Assembly (NCBI GenBank): GCA_963674865.2
Contig: CAXXYE010000007.1
Location: 128,001-192,000, forward strand
DNA: 64,000 nucleotides
Source: Candidatus Hydrogenedentota bacterium
Lineage (GTDB): Bacteria; Hydrogenedentota; Hydrogenedentia; Hydrogenedentales; SLHB01
Reading direction: 5' to 3'
The position numbers and the translations under genes were made by a program. Below the pieces are notes generated by a model. The model was given only the letters and a program-made list of their open reading frames with translations. It was not told the DNA's origin and made no database searches. Below, piece after piece: positions 17,548 through 25,714 of the stretch (the first letter of the stretch is position 1; every line of letters begins with the position of its first letter).

Positions 17548-20190
17548 TCAGTGGCCAGTTAACTGGTGCGAAGCCTCCATTTCCTCGTAGAAGGCCTTCA
17601 CGAACGGTGCGCCGTCCTCGGAAAAGTGCGTGATGCCTTCACGCTCGACGATCTGCCTGAAGCGTGCGTAAGTCCCATCGCGCTTCGCCTTGACGGGATC
17701 GCGCTTACACTTGAGATACATCACGGGCAGCCGGGCCATCTCCACACGCTCCCGCACCTCGTCGCTGTCCGCGACGATCTCCGCCTGATCGAAGGCCGCG
17801 TCCGCTTCGCGGATGAAGTCCGCGGTGAATATCGGCGCGTCCGCGCGGAAAAGACGCAGGTGCGTCTTCGGCGTGGCGAGGGCCTGCACCGCGTCGAAAT
17901 AGGCCCGGATACACTGGCCGCTCCGGCCATAGTATCCGTACATGAAGTCGTTGATGACGCGCTCGACATCGCAGTCGGGATTCCACAACAGTTTGGCGAG
18001 CACATACGCCCGCAGTTCGGCGAATTCCGCGCCCCGGCTCTGGTAGGCCGCCTGATTCATGACGCCGATGGCGTGGTGATCGCGGAAAAACCGCATGTTC
18101 GGTTGAAGCACCGCGAAATTGGGGAAGGGCAGCAAATAGCCGCCGAATTCGACGACGTAGTCCCAGATGTAGAGCCGGGGGGCGATGGCCGCCCAGCCGT
18201 CGATATCGCGCACGAATGAGTCATTCAACGGACACGCGGTGAGGGGATGCGCCCGGCAGCACTCGAACGTACACAGGCGGATTACCACATTCTCCCGAGG
18301 CCGAAGGTTCTTGGGCGGCTTCCGCGAGTAGACGTAGGCTAGTGTGCCAACGTACTTGTCCGGGAACTCCGGCGCGATCCGCCCGGCGACGTAGTTCACC
18401 ACCGTGAGAACCGGCCCCGATTCGCTTCCTTCCTGCGCGACGAGAGCCTGGCAGCGTTCGCATTCGCAGGCGCCCTCCCCGTCATTCTGCGAAACGGAGT
18501 AAATGAGATGATGCGGATCCTTGTGCATGTATTCGAGCAGGCGCGACGCCAAGATCCGCCGCACCTCCGGATTGGTGAGGCAGAGTTGCGACGCTTCGGC
18601 CGTGCGCTTGCCGTCAAGGAGGCTGTAATACTCCGGATGCGTCTCGAAAAACTCCTTTGGCGGCATGAGCCGGTTGAAGGTATGCACCGCCCAGTAACTC
18701 TCGACGCCGCCCGGCTGCTCACGCACCTCGCGAAAGGCAAGCGCACCATTGATCTTGTTCCTTGCGGCCCAAGTCGGGTCGAATGCTTCATAGTAGAAGT
18801 CATTCCGCACCTGGATGCCCGGCGATTCCGAGTGGTCGAGCAAGGCGAAGGTGTAGCGATCTCGATGCGGCGCCACCGTCACGCCCGGCGTATACCACCG
18901 GCAGCCCAATTCGTGCTCAAGGAATGTCAATGCGCCGTACATGGCCCCGACTTGCGCCCCGCCCCAGATCACGATGTCCGGGCCGACGCTCATGTACGTG
19001 AAGGACTGATCCGTCGCCTCCGGTTCATCGAGCCGCTTCGATACCAGCTTTCGGGAGAGAGCGTTGGCGCCAATGATGATCGCTGGCACCTTCGACTCAC
19101 GCTTGCCCTCTAGAATTGTGAAGTCCGCCCCGCTAATCTCCTTAAGCCAGTGCTGGACCTCGCTCGCGGCCCAGCGCTCGGACGCCGTCGCATCCTTGCC
19201 GAGGACAATTGAGTACTCGGTTTGCCCGCCCTCGAATAGAACGTAATCGACCCGTTCGCCTGCCGTGAAGGGCAGGCGCATCGTGTGAGAAACGCTGCCC
19301 GCCAATTCCGTTTCGACCTCGAGGATATACTCATTGTAGTACCGCGTGCTTACGTCAATCGGCGTTTCCTGCTTGCCAAGCCATCGGCCGGCCCACGCCG
19401 TATCCGCACGACCGTGGGCGAAGCTCGCGGTGAGGCGGGCGCCTTTCACTAGGCCCGCCATCCGCGTCTTCGGCAGGCGCGTCCGCAGGATGGGCCGCCC
19501 ATCAGATCGCGTGGCGAGTTGCCATAGCAATAGGCGGCCGCTTTCCAGCTCCGGGCTGTCGAAGGGCAACAAGCGGCAGCAGAACTGCCAGGAGCCGCCC
19601 CGCTCCTCCAGCTTCAGCATGAGCCGGTTCGTGCCCTCTTGAAGGACAACGGGGATCAGGTGATCATCGGCGCGCATGGCGCCGCCCGAGGTGCGATCCC
19701 ATACTTGCTCGCCGTTCAGCCACGCGCGCATGCCGTCATTGCTGCCCAGGGCCAAAACGCAGGCCTTCTCTTGAGGCGAATCTATCTCGGCGTATGCATA
19801 GGCGCAGACGGCGGGGGATTCCGACACGGCTTTGTCCATATTGACGAAGAAATCGGCCGACTCATGCCGGTGCCACGCGGCCTGCGCATCTCCGTGAGAG
19901 ACGGCGTCGCCCTCCTTCGGAGAAATGCCCCCTTCGCCGCCGCTCTCTTCCAGAAAGTCCGTGTCGAAGCCTTGCAGATGCGCCTCATCCGTATAACGCT
20001 CGGGCGCCTCCGTTAGCCGAAACGGCCCGCACAGGAGCCACGATTTCAAGTACTCGCCCGAAGGCTCGCCTTGGTACGCCGGGGCCTGCGCGAATGCTTG
20101 GGCAAGCGCGAGCGTCAACAGGCAAACGATCCATATCCTGTATCGCCAGCCGCGCCAAGCGGCGCGAGGCACTTCACTTCCTTGGGCCAT
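17548..20190 (-). CDS. DUF4838 domain protein (putative glycoside hydrolase)
   Basis: GAMYGALTFLEHELGCRWYTP, HPEYYSL, QLCLTNPEV, SQNDG..CEC..C, TLAYVYSRKPP, LYIWDY, LAKLLWNP. Confidence 0.85.
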   Translation of the reverse strand: MAQGSEVPRAAWRGWRYRIWIVCLLTLALAQAFAQAPAYQGEPSGEYLKSWLLCGPFRLTEAPERYTDEAHLQGFDTDFLEESGGEGGISPKEGDAVSHGDAQAAWHRHESADFFVNMDKAVSESPAVCAYAYAEIDSPQEKACVLALGSNDGMRAWLNGEQVWDRTSGGAMRADDHLIPVVLQEGTNRLMLKLEERGGSWQFCCRLLPFDSPELESGRLLLWQLATRSDGRPILRTRLPKTRMAGLVKGARLTASFAHGRADTAWAGRWLGKQETPIDVSTRYYNEYILEVETELAGSVSHTMRLPFTAGERVDYVLFEGGQTEYSIVLGKDATASERWAASEVQHWLKEISGADFTILEGKRESKVPAIIIGANALSRKLVSKRLDEPEATDQSFTYMSVGPDIVIWGGAQVGAMYGALTFLEHELGCRWYTPGVTVAPHRDRYTFALLDHSESPGIQVRNDFYYEAFDPTWAARNKINGALAFREVREQPGGVESYWAVHTFNRLMPPKEFFETHPEYYSLLDGKRTAEASQLCLTNPEVRRILASRLLEYMHKDPHHLIYSVSQNDGEGACECERCQALVAQEGSESGPVLTVVNYVAGRIAPEFPDKYVGTLAYVYSRKPPKNLRPRENVVIRLCTFECCRAHPLTACPLNDSFVRDIDGWAAIAPRLYIWDYVVEFGGYLLPFPNFAVLQPNMRFFRDHHAIGVMNQAAYQSRGAEFAELRAYVLAKLLWNPDCDVERVINDFMYGYYGRSGQCIRAYFDAVQALATPKTHLRLFRADAPIFTADFIREADAAFDQAEIVADSDEVRERVEMARLPVMYLKCKRDPVKAKRDGTYARFRQIVEREGITHFSEDGAPFVKAFYEEMEASHQLTGH

Positions 20191-20239
20191 TCATCCTCCT
20201 CCGCGTTGAGTGCGTCCTAGGCGGCCGCCGTCTACGTTG

Positions 20240-22315
20240 TCAATCACCCTCGTTGGCGAATTCCGTTAGCCAAGCGAGATTGAAGGCATAATGCTGCATG
20301 CTGCTGATCAGGTGGATCACGCCGTCGAGGCCCTGGCAGATGGACATGTAGCCTCGCGGCTCCGCGCTGGTATCGCTCAACGTGAACGGCCGCCCATCCA
20401 TAGCCGCGAGTTCCCTCGGCTCGCCGCCCGGCGTTACAAGGCGCTTCACCGGCCATGTTTCGCCTTCATCGAAGGACACCGCCGCGAAAAGGCCGCTGCA
20501 CGGACTTACGTGCCCGGCCCCATCGATGATATCCATCGGTTCACTGGCAAAAGAACAGAGTAGAATCGGCCCTTCCTTCAGACGCGTCAGCACGAGGCGG
20601 CGCCCGCCGCCGACAGGCTGGAACTCGCTTGCGGAATAGCTCCAGGACGCGCCCAGGTCGCTCGACAGGCTCTTGGGCATGTGATTGTCGATATCATCGC
20701 CGCGGCCAAAGGCCATCAAGCGCCCGTCTTTCAGTTGCATTACCCCTGCGTGAATGCCGGCGATGGTGCCCCCGGCGTCGGCCCATGTATTGCCGCTATC
20801 GTGACTGATGTGCAGCGCCGTGCCGCCTGAGCCGCGTGAGCTGGCATCGCAAGGTAGAGCGATCGCCCCGGCGTCCGTGCTGAATACCGACTCCACCGGC
20901 TGGTGGCGGATGGTGTGCTCGGAGGCGATAATCCGCGCCTTCGACCACGTCGCGCCGCTGTCCGTCGACGTACGTAGGATGATTGCGAGATTGCCCCATG
21001 TTGCTGCGGCGGACAGTCCTACGAACTGGTAGATGGTTCCGCTCCCGTCGTACCAAATGGCCGGGGCGTGATCGTTCCTATCGGGCGCATCCCAGAAGGG
21101 AGAGGCCGGTTCCCATTCCTTCGCACCGTAGCGCAACCGACTGGCCACCAGCGCAAGTTCTCGGCCGCGTTCGCTTACCGTCGTGTACCAAACGGCAAGC
21201 AAGTCGCCGTTCGGGCACTCTACGATGCCCGGGTCGTGGTTGTGATGACTGAACATCGGCCCCTCCGAGTCGGGAGGGATCTTGACGTACACCCGCGGCC
21301 CCTCGAAATAGGACGTCGTGGGATCGGGCCCTTGAGTGACGTCGGCGGGAATATTCTGACTGACGTTCTCTTGACAAAGCTCCACCGGAGGCAGCGGGAG
21401 GGGCTCCGTGTCGGGCATATCGGCCATGGCGACGCGGAATCCGATCAGCCAGTGCTTGTCTTCGGGGAGAGTTCCCATACGATTGGCCGAGCGCAGGTAG
21501 TAAGGTTCCGTCGAGTGGCTGCCGCCGCGCGTCACCCGGAAGTCGCCGTCGGCGCGGCCCACGGGATCCGTCTGCGAGCTCTCTTCATAGGGCCCATACC
21601 AGTCGTAGCACCATTCCTCGACGTTGCCATGCATGTCGAAGAGCCCCCATGGATTCGCGGGCGTCTCACCCACCGTCAACGGCACGATGTCATCCTCGAG
21701 CGTCCGGCCTTCCTCCACGCGATCGGGATCGGGATACCACACATCCTTGCGAGCATTCTTAAGAAATGCCTCGGGCAGTTCTTCTCCCGTAGAGAACAAG
21801 GTATCGGTGCCGGCGCGGCAGGCATACTCCCACTCCGCCTCCGTCGGGAGCCGGTAAGGCTTGCCTTCCTTCTCCGAGAGCCACATGCAGAAGTCCTGCG
21901 CTTCCTGCCACGTGACGAAGACGACAGCCTCGTTATCCTCGTTCGAGAAGCCCATCGCTCCCCTGAGTTCCCGGTGCTCCGGCTTGAACTGCTCGAACTG
22001 GGCGTTCGTCACCTCGGTGACGCTCAAGTAGAAAGGCTCCGAGATGGCTACTTCATGCGCGGGAAACTCGTCGAAATCGCCCCTGGCTCGGTGGCTCCGG
22101 CCATCCGTCAAGGCGTCGGGCAGAGGATCTCCCGAAGAGCCCATAACAAACGTCCCCGGCTCGATGCGGACGAACTGCTGTCCAACCGAGTCGCTGAACT
22201 CATTTGTCGGTTCAGCCGTCGTGCCCCCGCCCGATGGATCCTGCGGCGGTTCTGGCTCACACGATGCGAAGACAAAGACCAGCGTCACTGTCATGAAGAT
22301 GCTTACGATTCTCAT
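20240..22315 (-). CDS. Lipoprotein: FGE/SUMF1-like domain fused to BNR (sialidase-like) beta-propeller
   Basis: Lipobox FASC; EVTNAQF, YRLPTEAEWEYACRAG, GLFDMHGNVEEWC, RGGS, GFRV; Asp-boxes STDSGATWS, SHDSGNTW, SSDLGASWS, SFDEGETW. Confidence 0.88.
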   Translation of the reverse strand: MRIVSIFMTVTLVFVFASCEPEPPQDPSGGGTTAEPTNEFSDSVGQQFVRIEPGTFVMGSSGDPLPDALTDGRSHRARGDFDEFPAHEVAISEPFYLSVTEVTNAQFEQFKPEHRELRGAMGFSNEDNEAVVFVTWQEAQDFCMWLSEKEGKPYRLPTEAEWEYACRAGTDTLFSTGEELPEAFLKNARKDVWYPDPDRVEEGRTLEDDIVPLTVGETPANPWGLFDMHGNVEEWCYDWYGPYEESSQTDPVGRADGDFRVTRGGSHSTEPYYLRSANRMGTLPEDKHWLIGFRVAMADMPDTEPLPLPPVELCQENVSQNIPADVTQGPDPTTSYFEGPRVYVKIPPDSEGPMFSHHNHDPGIVECPNGDLLAVWYTTVSERGRELALVASRLRYGAKEWEPASPFWDAPDRNDHAPAIWYDGSGTIYQFVGLSAAATWGNLAIILRTSTDSGATWSKARIIASEHTIRHQPVESVFSTDAGAIALPCDASSRGSGGTALHISHDSGNTWADAGGTIAGIHAGVMQLKDGRLMAFGRGDDIDNHMPKSLSSDLGASWSYSASEFQPVGGGRRLVLTRLKEGPILLCSFASEPMDIIDGAGHVSPCSGLFAAVSFDEGETWPVKRLVTPGGEPRELAAMDGRPFTLSDTSAEPRGYMSICQGLDGVIHLISSMQHYAFNLAWLTEFANEGD

Positions 22316-22451
22316 GCCATATTCCCTCCTGCGCCGAAGATCCTACCGGCAACCTGGGGACTGCGCCCTATCACCCGCGCCGGCTCACCACGAAACCTCA
22401 CTCTACACAACCCGCCATGGCTTGTAAAACATCACTTGAGGCTGCGGGCCG

Positions 22452-24185
22452 TTAATCAACCCAGGCCACGTCAATCCAGCGCCGCACCGAGTTGATGAGC
22501 CGGATCGACTTGACCCGGGTGACGTCCTCCTTGGTGAGCACGGCCTCGCGTAGGATCCCTTCCGCCAGGAGATGGCCGCGGAAGGTGCCGCCCAACAGGC
22601 CGGACGCAACCGGCGGCGTGAGCAGCTCGCCATCGAGTTCGAGCACCACGTTCGCGCGCGTGCTTTCCGTGATCTCCCCGCGTCGATTCCAGAGAAGCAC
22701 GTCATCACAATCGGGACGCGATGCCGCGGCCGCTTCGTACATGTCCCGGTGCGTTGTCTTGTGAAACAGGAACACGTTCCCGCTGTCCACGGGCTCGCGC
22801 GCGAAGCCGGCGCGAACTCGTGCCGGCGGGCCTGCCGGCGCCGATTCCACTTCCAGCGAGCCATCTCTTGAGACAAGTAGGCGAACCTTCTGGGGCCCCG
22901 GCGCCTGCCCTCGGGCCGCCGCGCCCAGGGCCTCCTGTACGCGGGCCGGATCCATGTCGAACCCGAAGTAATCCGCACTGGCCGCCAGCCTCTCCAGATG
23001 CTCGTCCAGAAGGAAATACTCACCGTCGTACAGGATCGACTCGAGCAAGCGGAAGTCCGGTACAGGATAGCTCAGCAGGCATGCCTTGGTGCGGCATTCC
23101 TCATATTCGCCGCCGGGTGTCGAGTCCCACGTGATGCCGCCGCCTACGTTGTAACGCGCCATGGCCCGCTGCGCGTCCACCGTCACCGTGCGGATGGCCA
23201 CGTTGAACTCGGCCCGCCCATCCGGCGCCCACCAGCCAACCGTGCCGCAATAGACGCCACGCGGATGCGGCTCCAATTCCCGGATGATCTGCATCGTCCG
23301 CACTTTGGGGGCGCCCGTCACCGAGCCGCTCGGGAACAGCGCCCTCAGCACTTCCGACGCGCCCGTCCGGGCGCGGGAGGTGATCGTCGAGGTCATCTGC
23401 CAGACGGTTGGATAGCGCTCCAGATCGAACAGGCTCTGCACCTGAACCGAGCCTGTTTCGCTGATTCTGCCCATGTCATTGCGGAGCAGGTCGACAATCA
23501 TCACGTTTTCGGCGCGATCCTTTTCACTCGTGCCGAGCGCCTCCGCCATCACCCGATCCTCCGTCGGCCATCGCCCGCGAGGGCGCGTCCCCTTCATAGG
23601 CTTGGTTTCGAGCCGCCGGCCGTCGAGGCGGAAGAATAACTCCGGCGAAATGGAGAGGATCTTGAAGCGGCCCGTGTCGAGAAAGGCGCTATAGCGGGCC
23701 TCCTGCGCCCGGATGAGGCGGACAAACCACCCGAGGGCGTCCCCGGCAAACGCGGCCTCCATAGGGAAAGTGTAATTGACTTGGTAGGTGTCGCCCGCCG
23801 CGATGAGTTCGCGAATGCGCCGGATCGCCGCTACGTAAGCGTCTCTGTCAACGAGCGGCCGCCATGGCCCCACATCCGGCGGCTCGCCGCCCACGAGGGC
23901 TGGCGTCGCCCGTACGACCTCTTCCTTGTCGTACAAGCCGAACCACAGCAGGGGCAACTCGCGCGGATCATGCGTATCCAGCGCGGCATCAAACGCCGGA
24001 GCGGCCTCATAGGCGATGTATCCGGCCGCGTTGAGTCCCTGCGCCACGGCCGATTCGACGCGCTCCAGGCACGCGCCCACTTCGGAGATCGCGCGGGCGC
24101 ACAACGTCTCAACCGGACGCGAGAAGCGGATCTCCCGCTCAGGCGATACGAAGCGGACATAGCCGGACTGTGTTGAGGAATACAA
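22452..24185 (-). CDS. pabB: Aminodeoxychorismate synthase component I fused to ADC lyase-like (class IV aminotransferase) domain
   Basis: GDTYQVNYT, SPELFF, KPMKGT, KDRAENVMIVDLLRND, FPSGSVTGAPK; C-terminal FHKTT, TPPVASGLLGGT; start uncertain (TTG). Confidence 0.9.
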   Translation of the reverse strand: MYSSTQSGYVRFVSPEREIRFSRPVETLCARAISEVGACLERVESAVAQGLNAAGYIAYEAAPAFDAALDTHDPRELPLLWFGLYDKEEVVRATPALVGGEPPDVGPWRPLVDRDAYVAAIRRIRELIAAGDTYQVNYTFPMEAAFAGDALGWFVRLIRAQEARYSAFLDTGRFKILSISPELFFRLDGRRLETKPMKGTRPRGRWPTEDRVMAEALGTSEKDRAENVMIVDLLRNDMGRISETGSVQVQSLFDLERYPTVWQMTSTITSRARTGASEVLRALFPSGSVTGAPKVRTMQIIRELEPHPRGVYCGTVGWWAPDGRAEFNVAIRTVTVDAQRAMARYNVGGGITWDSTPGGEYEECRTKACLLSYPVPDFRLLESILYDGEYFLLDEHLERLAASADYFGFDMDPARVQEALGAAARGQAPGPQKVRLLVSRDGSLEVESAPAGPPARVRAGFAREPVDSGNVFLFHKTTHRDMYEAAAASRPDCDDVLLWNRRGEITESTRANVVLELDGELLTPPVASGLLGGTFRGHLLAEGILREAVLTKEDVTRVKSIRLINSVRRWIDVAWVD

Positions 24186-24416
24186 GGTTTGAGGCCGCCT
24201 ATCGTCAACAACGACAGGATAAAGGCTATCACAAAGCCGGATTCAGCTTCATCGCTGCCCGCAACCTCATGTCCGCGAGAAGCGGACATCCAGGAGCATC
24301 TCGCCGAAATGGCCCGGAAGATAACGAGAACGCGGCTGCATTCGCACCTCGCGGATAAGGCTGTTGACGCGATTCGTAGTCGGCCCCATTATTGCCCCGG
24401 TTCTGAAAGCCCAGCG

Positions 24417-24893
24417 TTAATCGGAGCCTCCCTCGACATCCGGCTTGGCGCTCTGCTCGCCTGAATAGCTCCATTCCATACTGAACTCATCACAGCCTGT
24501 ATACTGGCAGATGCCTTGGCCGGCGATGTGGAAACCCTCCCGCTTGTAGAAGCGGATTGCATCCGTGTTCTTCGTATAGACGGTGAGGTGCAACTGCGGC
24601 TGCAACTTCTTCGCATGCCGAAGCAGCGCCGCCCCTATTCCACCTCCCTGGCGCTCAGGCCTCACAAAAAGGCCGCCCACATGCGCACCGCGCAAACACA
24701 CGAAGCCTTCGATCATGCCTCCCGCCTCGTAGACATAGCCCTCCGTGTCTGGATGCGGGAGGATCTCGGACGTCATTGTGGGCAACGCCGAGCGCCAGAA
24801 TTCCTCGGCCACGAAATCATGCGCCTGGATGGACGCCGTTAGCCAGACTTGGCCGACCTCCTCGATATCGCCAGGTTCCATCTTACGAATCAT
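24417..24893 (-). CDS. GNAT family N-acetyltransferase
   Basis: LFVRPERQGGGIGAALL, N..AIRFYKREGF; GGAG RBS favours ATG 24893. Confidence 0.88.
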   Translation of the reverse strand: MIRKMEPGDIEEVGQVWLTASIQAHDFVAEEFWRSALPTMTSEILPHPDTEGYVYEAGGMIEGFVCLRGAHVGGLFVRPERQGGGIGAALLRHAKKLQPQLHLTVYTKNTDAIRFYKREGFHIAGQGICQYTGCDEFSMEWSYSGEQSAKPDVEGGSD

Positions 24894-25070
24894 GTACATC
24901 AACTCCATTCCGGGCGCACAATTTCCAGGTCGATTCGCTCTCAAACTGCCCGCCCGATTCCCATTAACACAGCATATCAAGGAAGATGTCGGCCGATAAA
25001 CACGTTTGACTGCCCCGAGAGGGGTGAACTATGCTCCAAAGCGCCGTATTGGGGATGATGTATCTACAAC

Positions 25071-25712
25071 GTGAGGAAGGGCATGCGCCGAGAGCATACA
25101 TGGAAGTCCTTGGCGCTGTTGCTTTTGCTTTCGGTGGCGTTGGTGGTTGCGTGGCACGCGGTTTTCGATGAGAAGGTGCGCGTCGTCCGCAGTTGGGACT
25201 TTGCCCGCCTTCAGCCGGAGGCGTGGGAGTGGACATTCCCATCAACGAGGCCGCTCGAATCCTCGCATGGCGCCGCATACATCGCCCACGGGTCGGATTG
25301 GGGGCCGTCAATCGGCGGCCTGGGCCTTGACGCACGTGAGGTGGACAAGGTGCGTGTGACGGCGCGTATCGTAGATATTGCCACGGGAAGAGAGCTTCCG
25401 CTGAATCTCGAACTCGCGTGGGCGAGAGCCGAGGACATTTCGCAGCCCGAAGGCACTTGGACGCCCGCACCTGCACGAACGTGTCCCTTCCAGATGCTCG
25501 ATCACGGCGATCCGCAGAGGGCCACGGCGCAGATGGCTCAGTGGAAGGAATGGGCCAGCAGGGAGTGGAACGGCACCGTGGACGCCATGCGGATTCGTGT
25601 CCGCGCCACACCGTCATCCGAACAAGGCTACCGCGTTGAGATCTCCAAGATCGAATTCCTGAAGGTCGTGCGCCGCCACGGGCGGGCCGTCCATTCAGAT
25701 GGGGAGCAATAG
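25071..25712 (+). CDS. Hypothetical exported protein, possible carbohydrate-binding jelly roll
   Basis: N-terminal TM; W-rich; WNGTVDAMRIR...VEISKIEF ending; 2 bp before the glycosyltransferase gene. Confidence 0.55.
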   Translation: MRKGMRREHTWKSLALLLLLSVALVVAWHAVFDEKVRVVRSWDFARLQPEAWEWTFPSTRPLESSHGAAYIAHGSDWGPSIGGLGLDAREVDKVRVTARIVDIATGRELPLNLELAWARAEDISQPEGTWTPAPARTCPFQMLDHGDPQRATAQMAQWKEWASREWNGTVDAMRIRVRATPSSEQGYRVEISKIEFLKVVRRHGRAVHSDGEQ

Positions 25713-25714
25713 CC

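Noticed and set aside
24189..24464. 91-aa ORF between pabB and the GNAT gene
   Set aside because: TTG start, no RBS, no motif, overlaps the GNAT 3' end on the opposite strand
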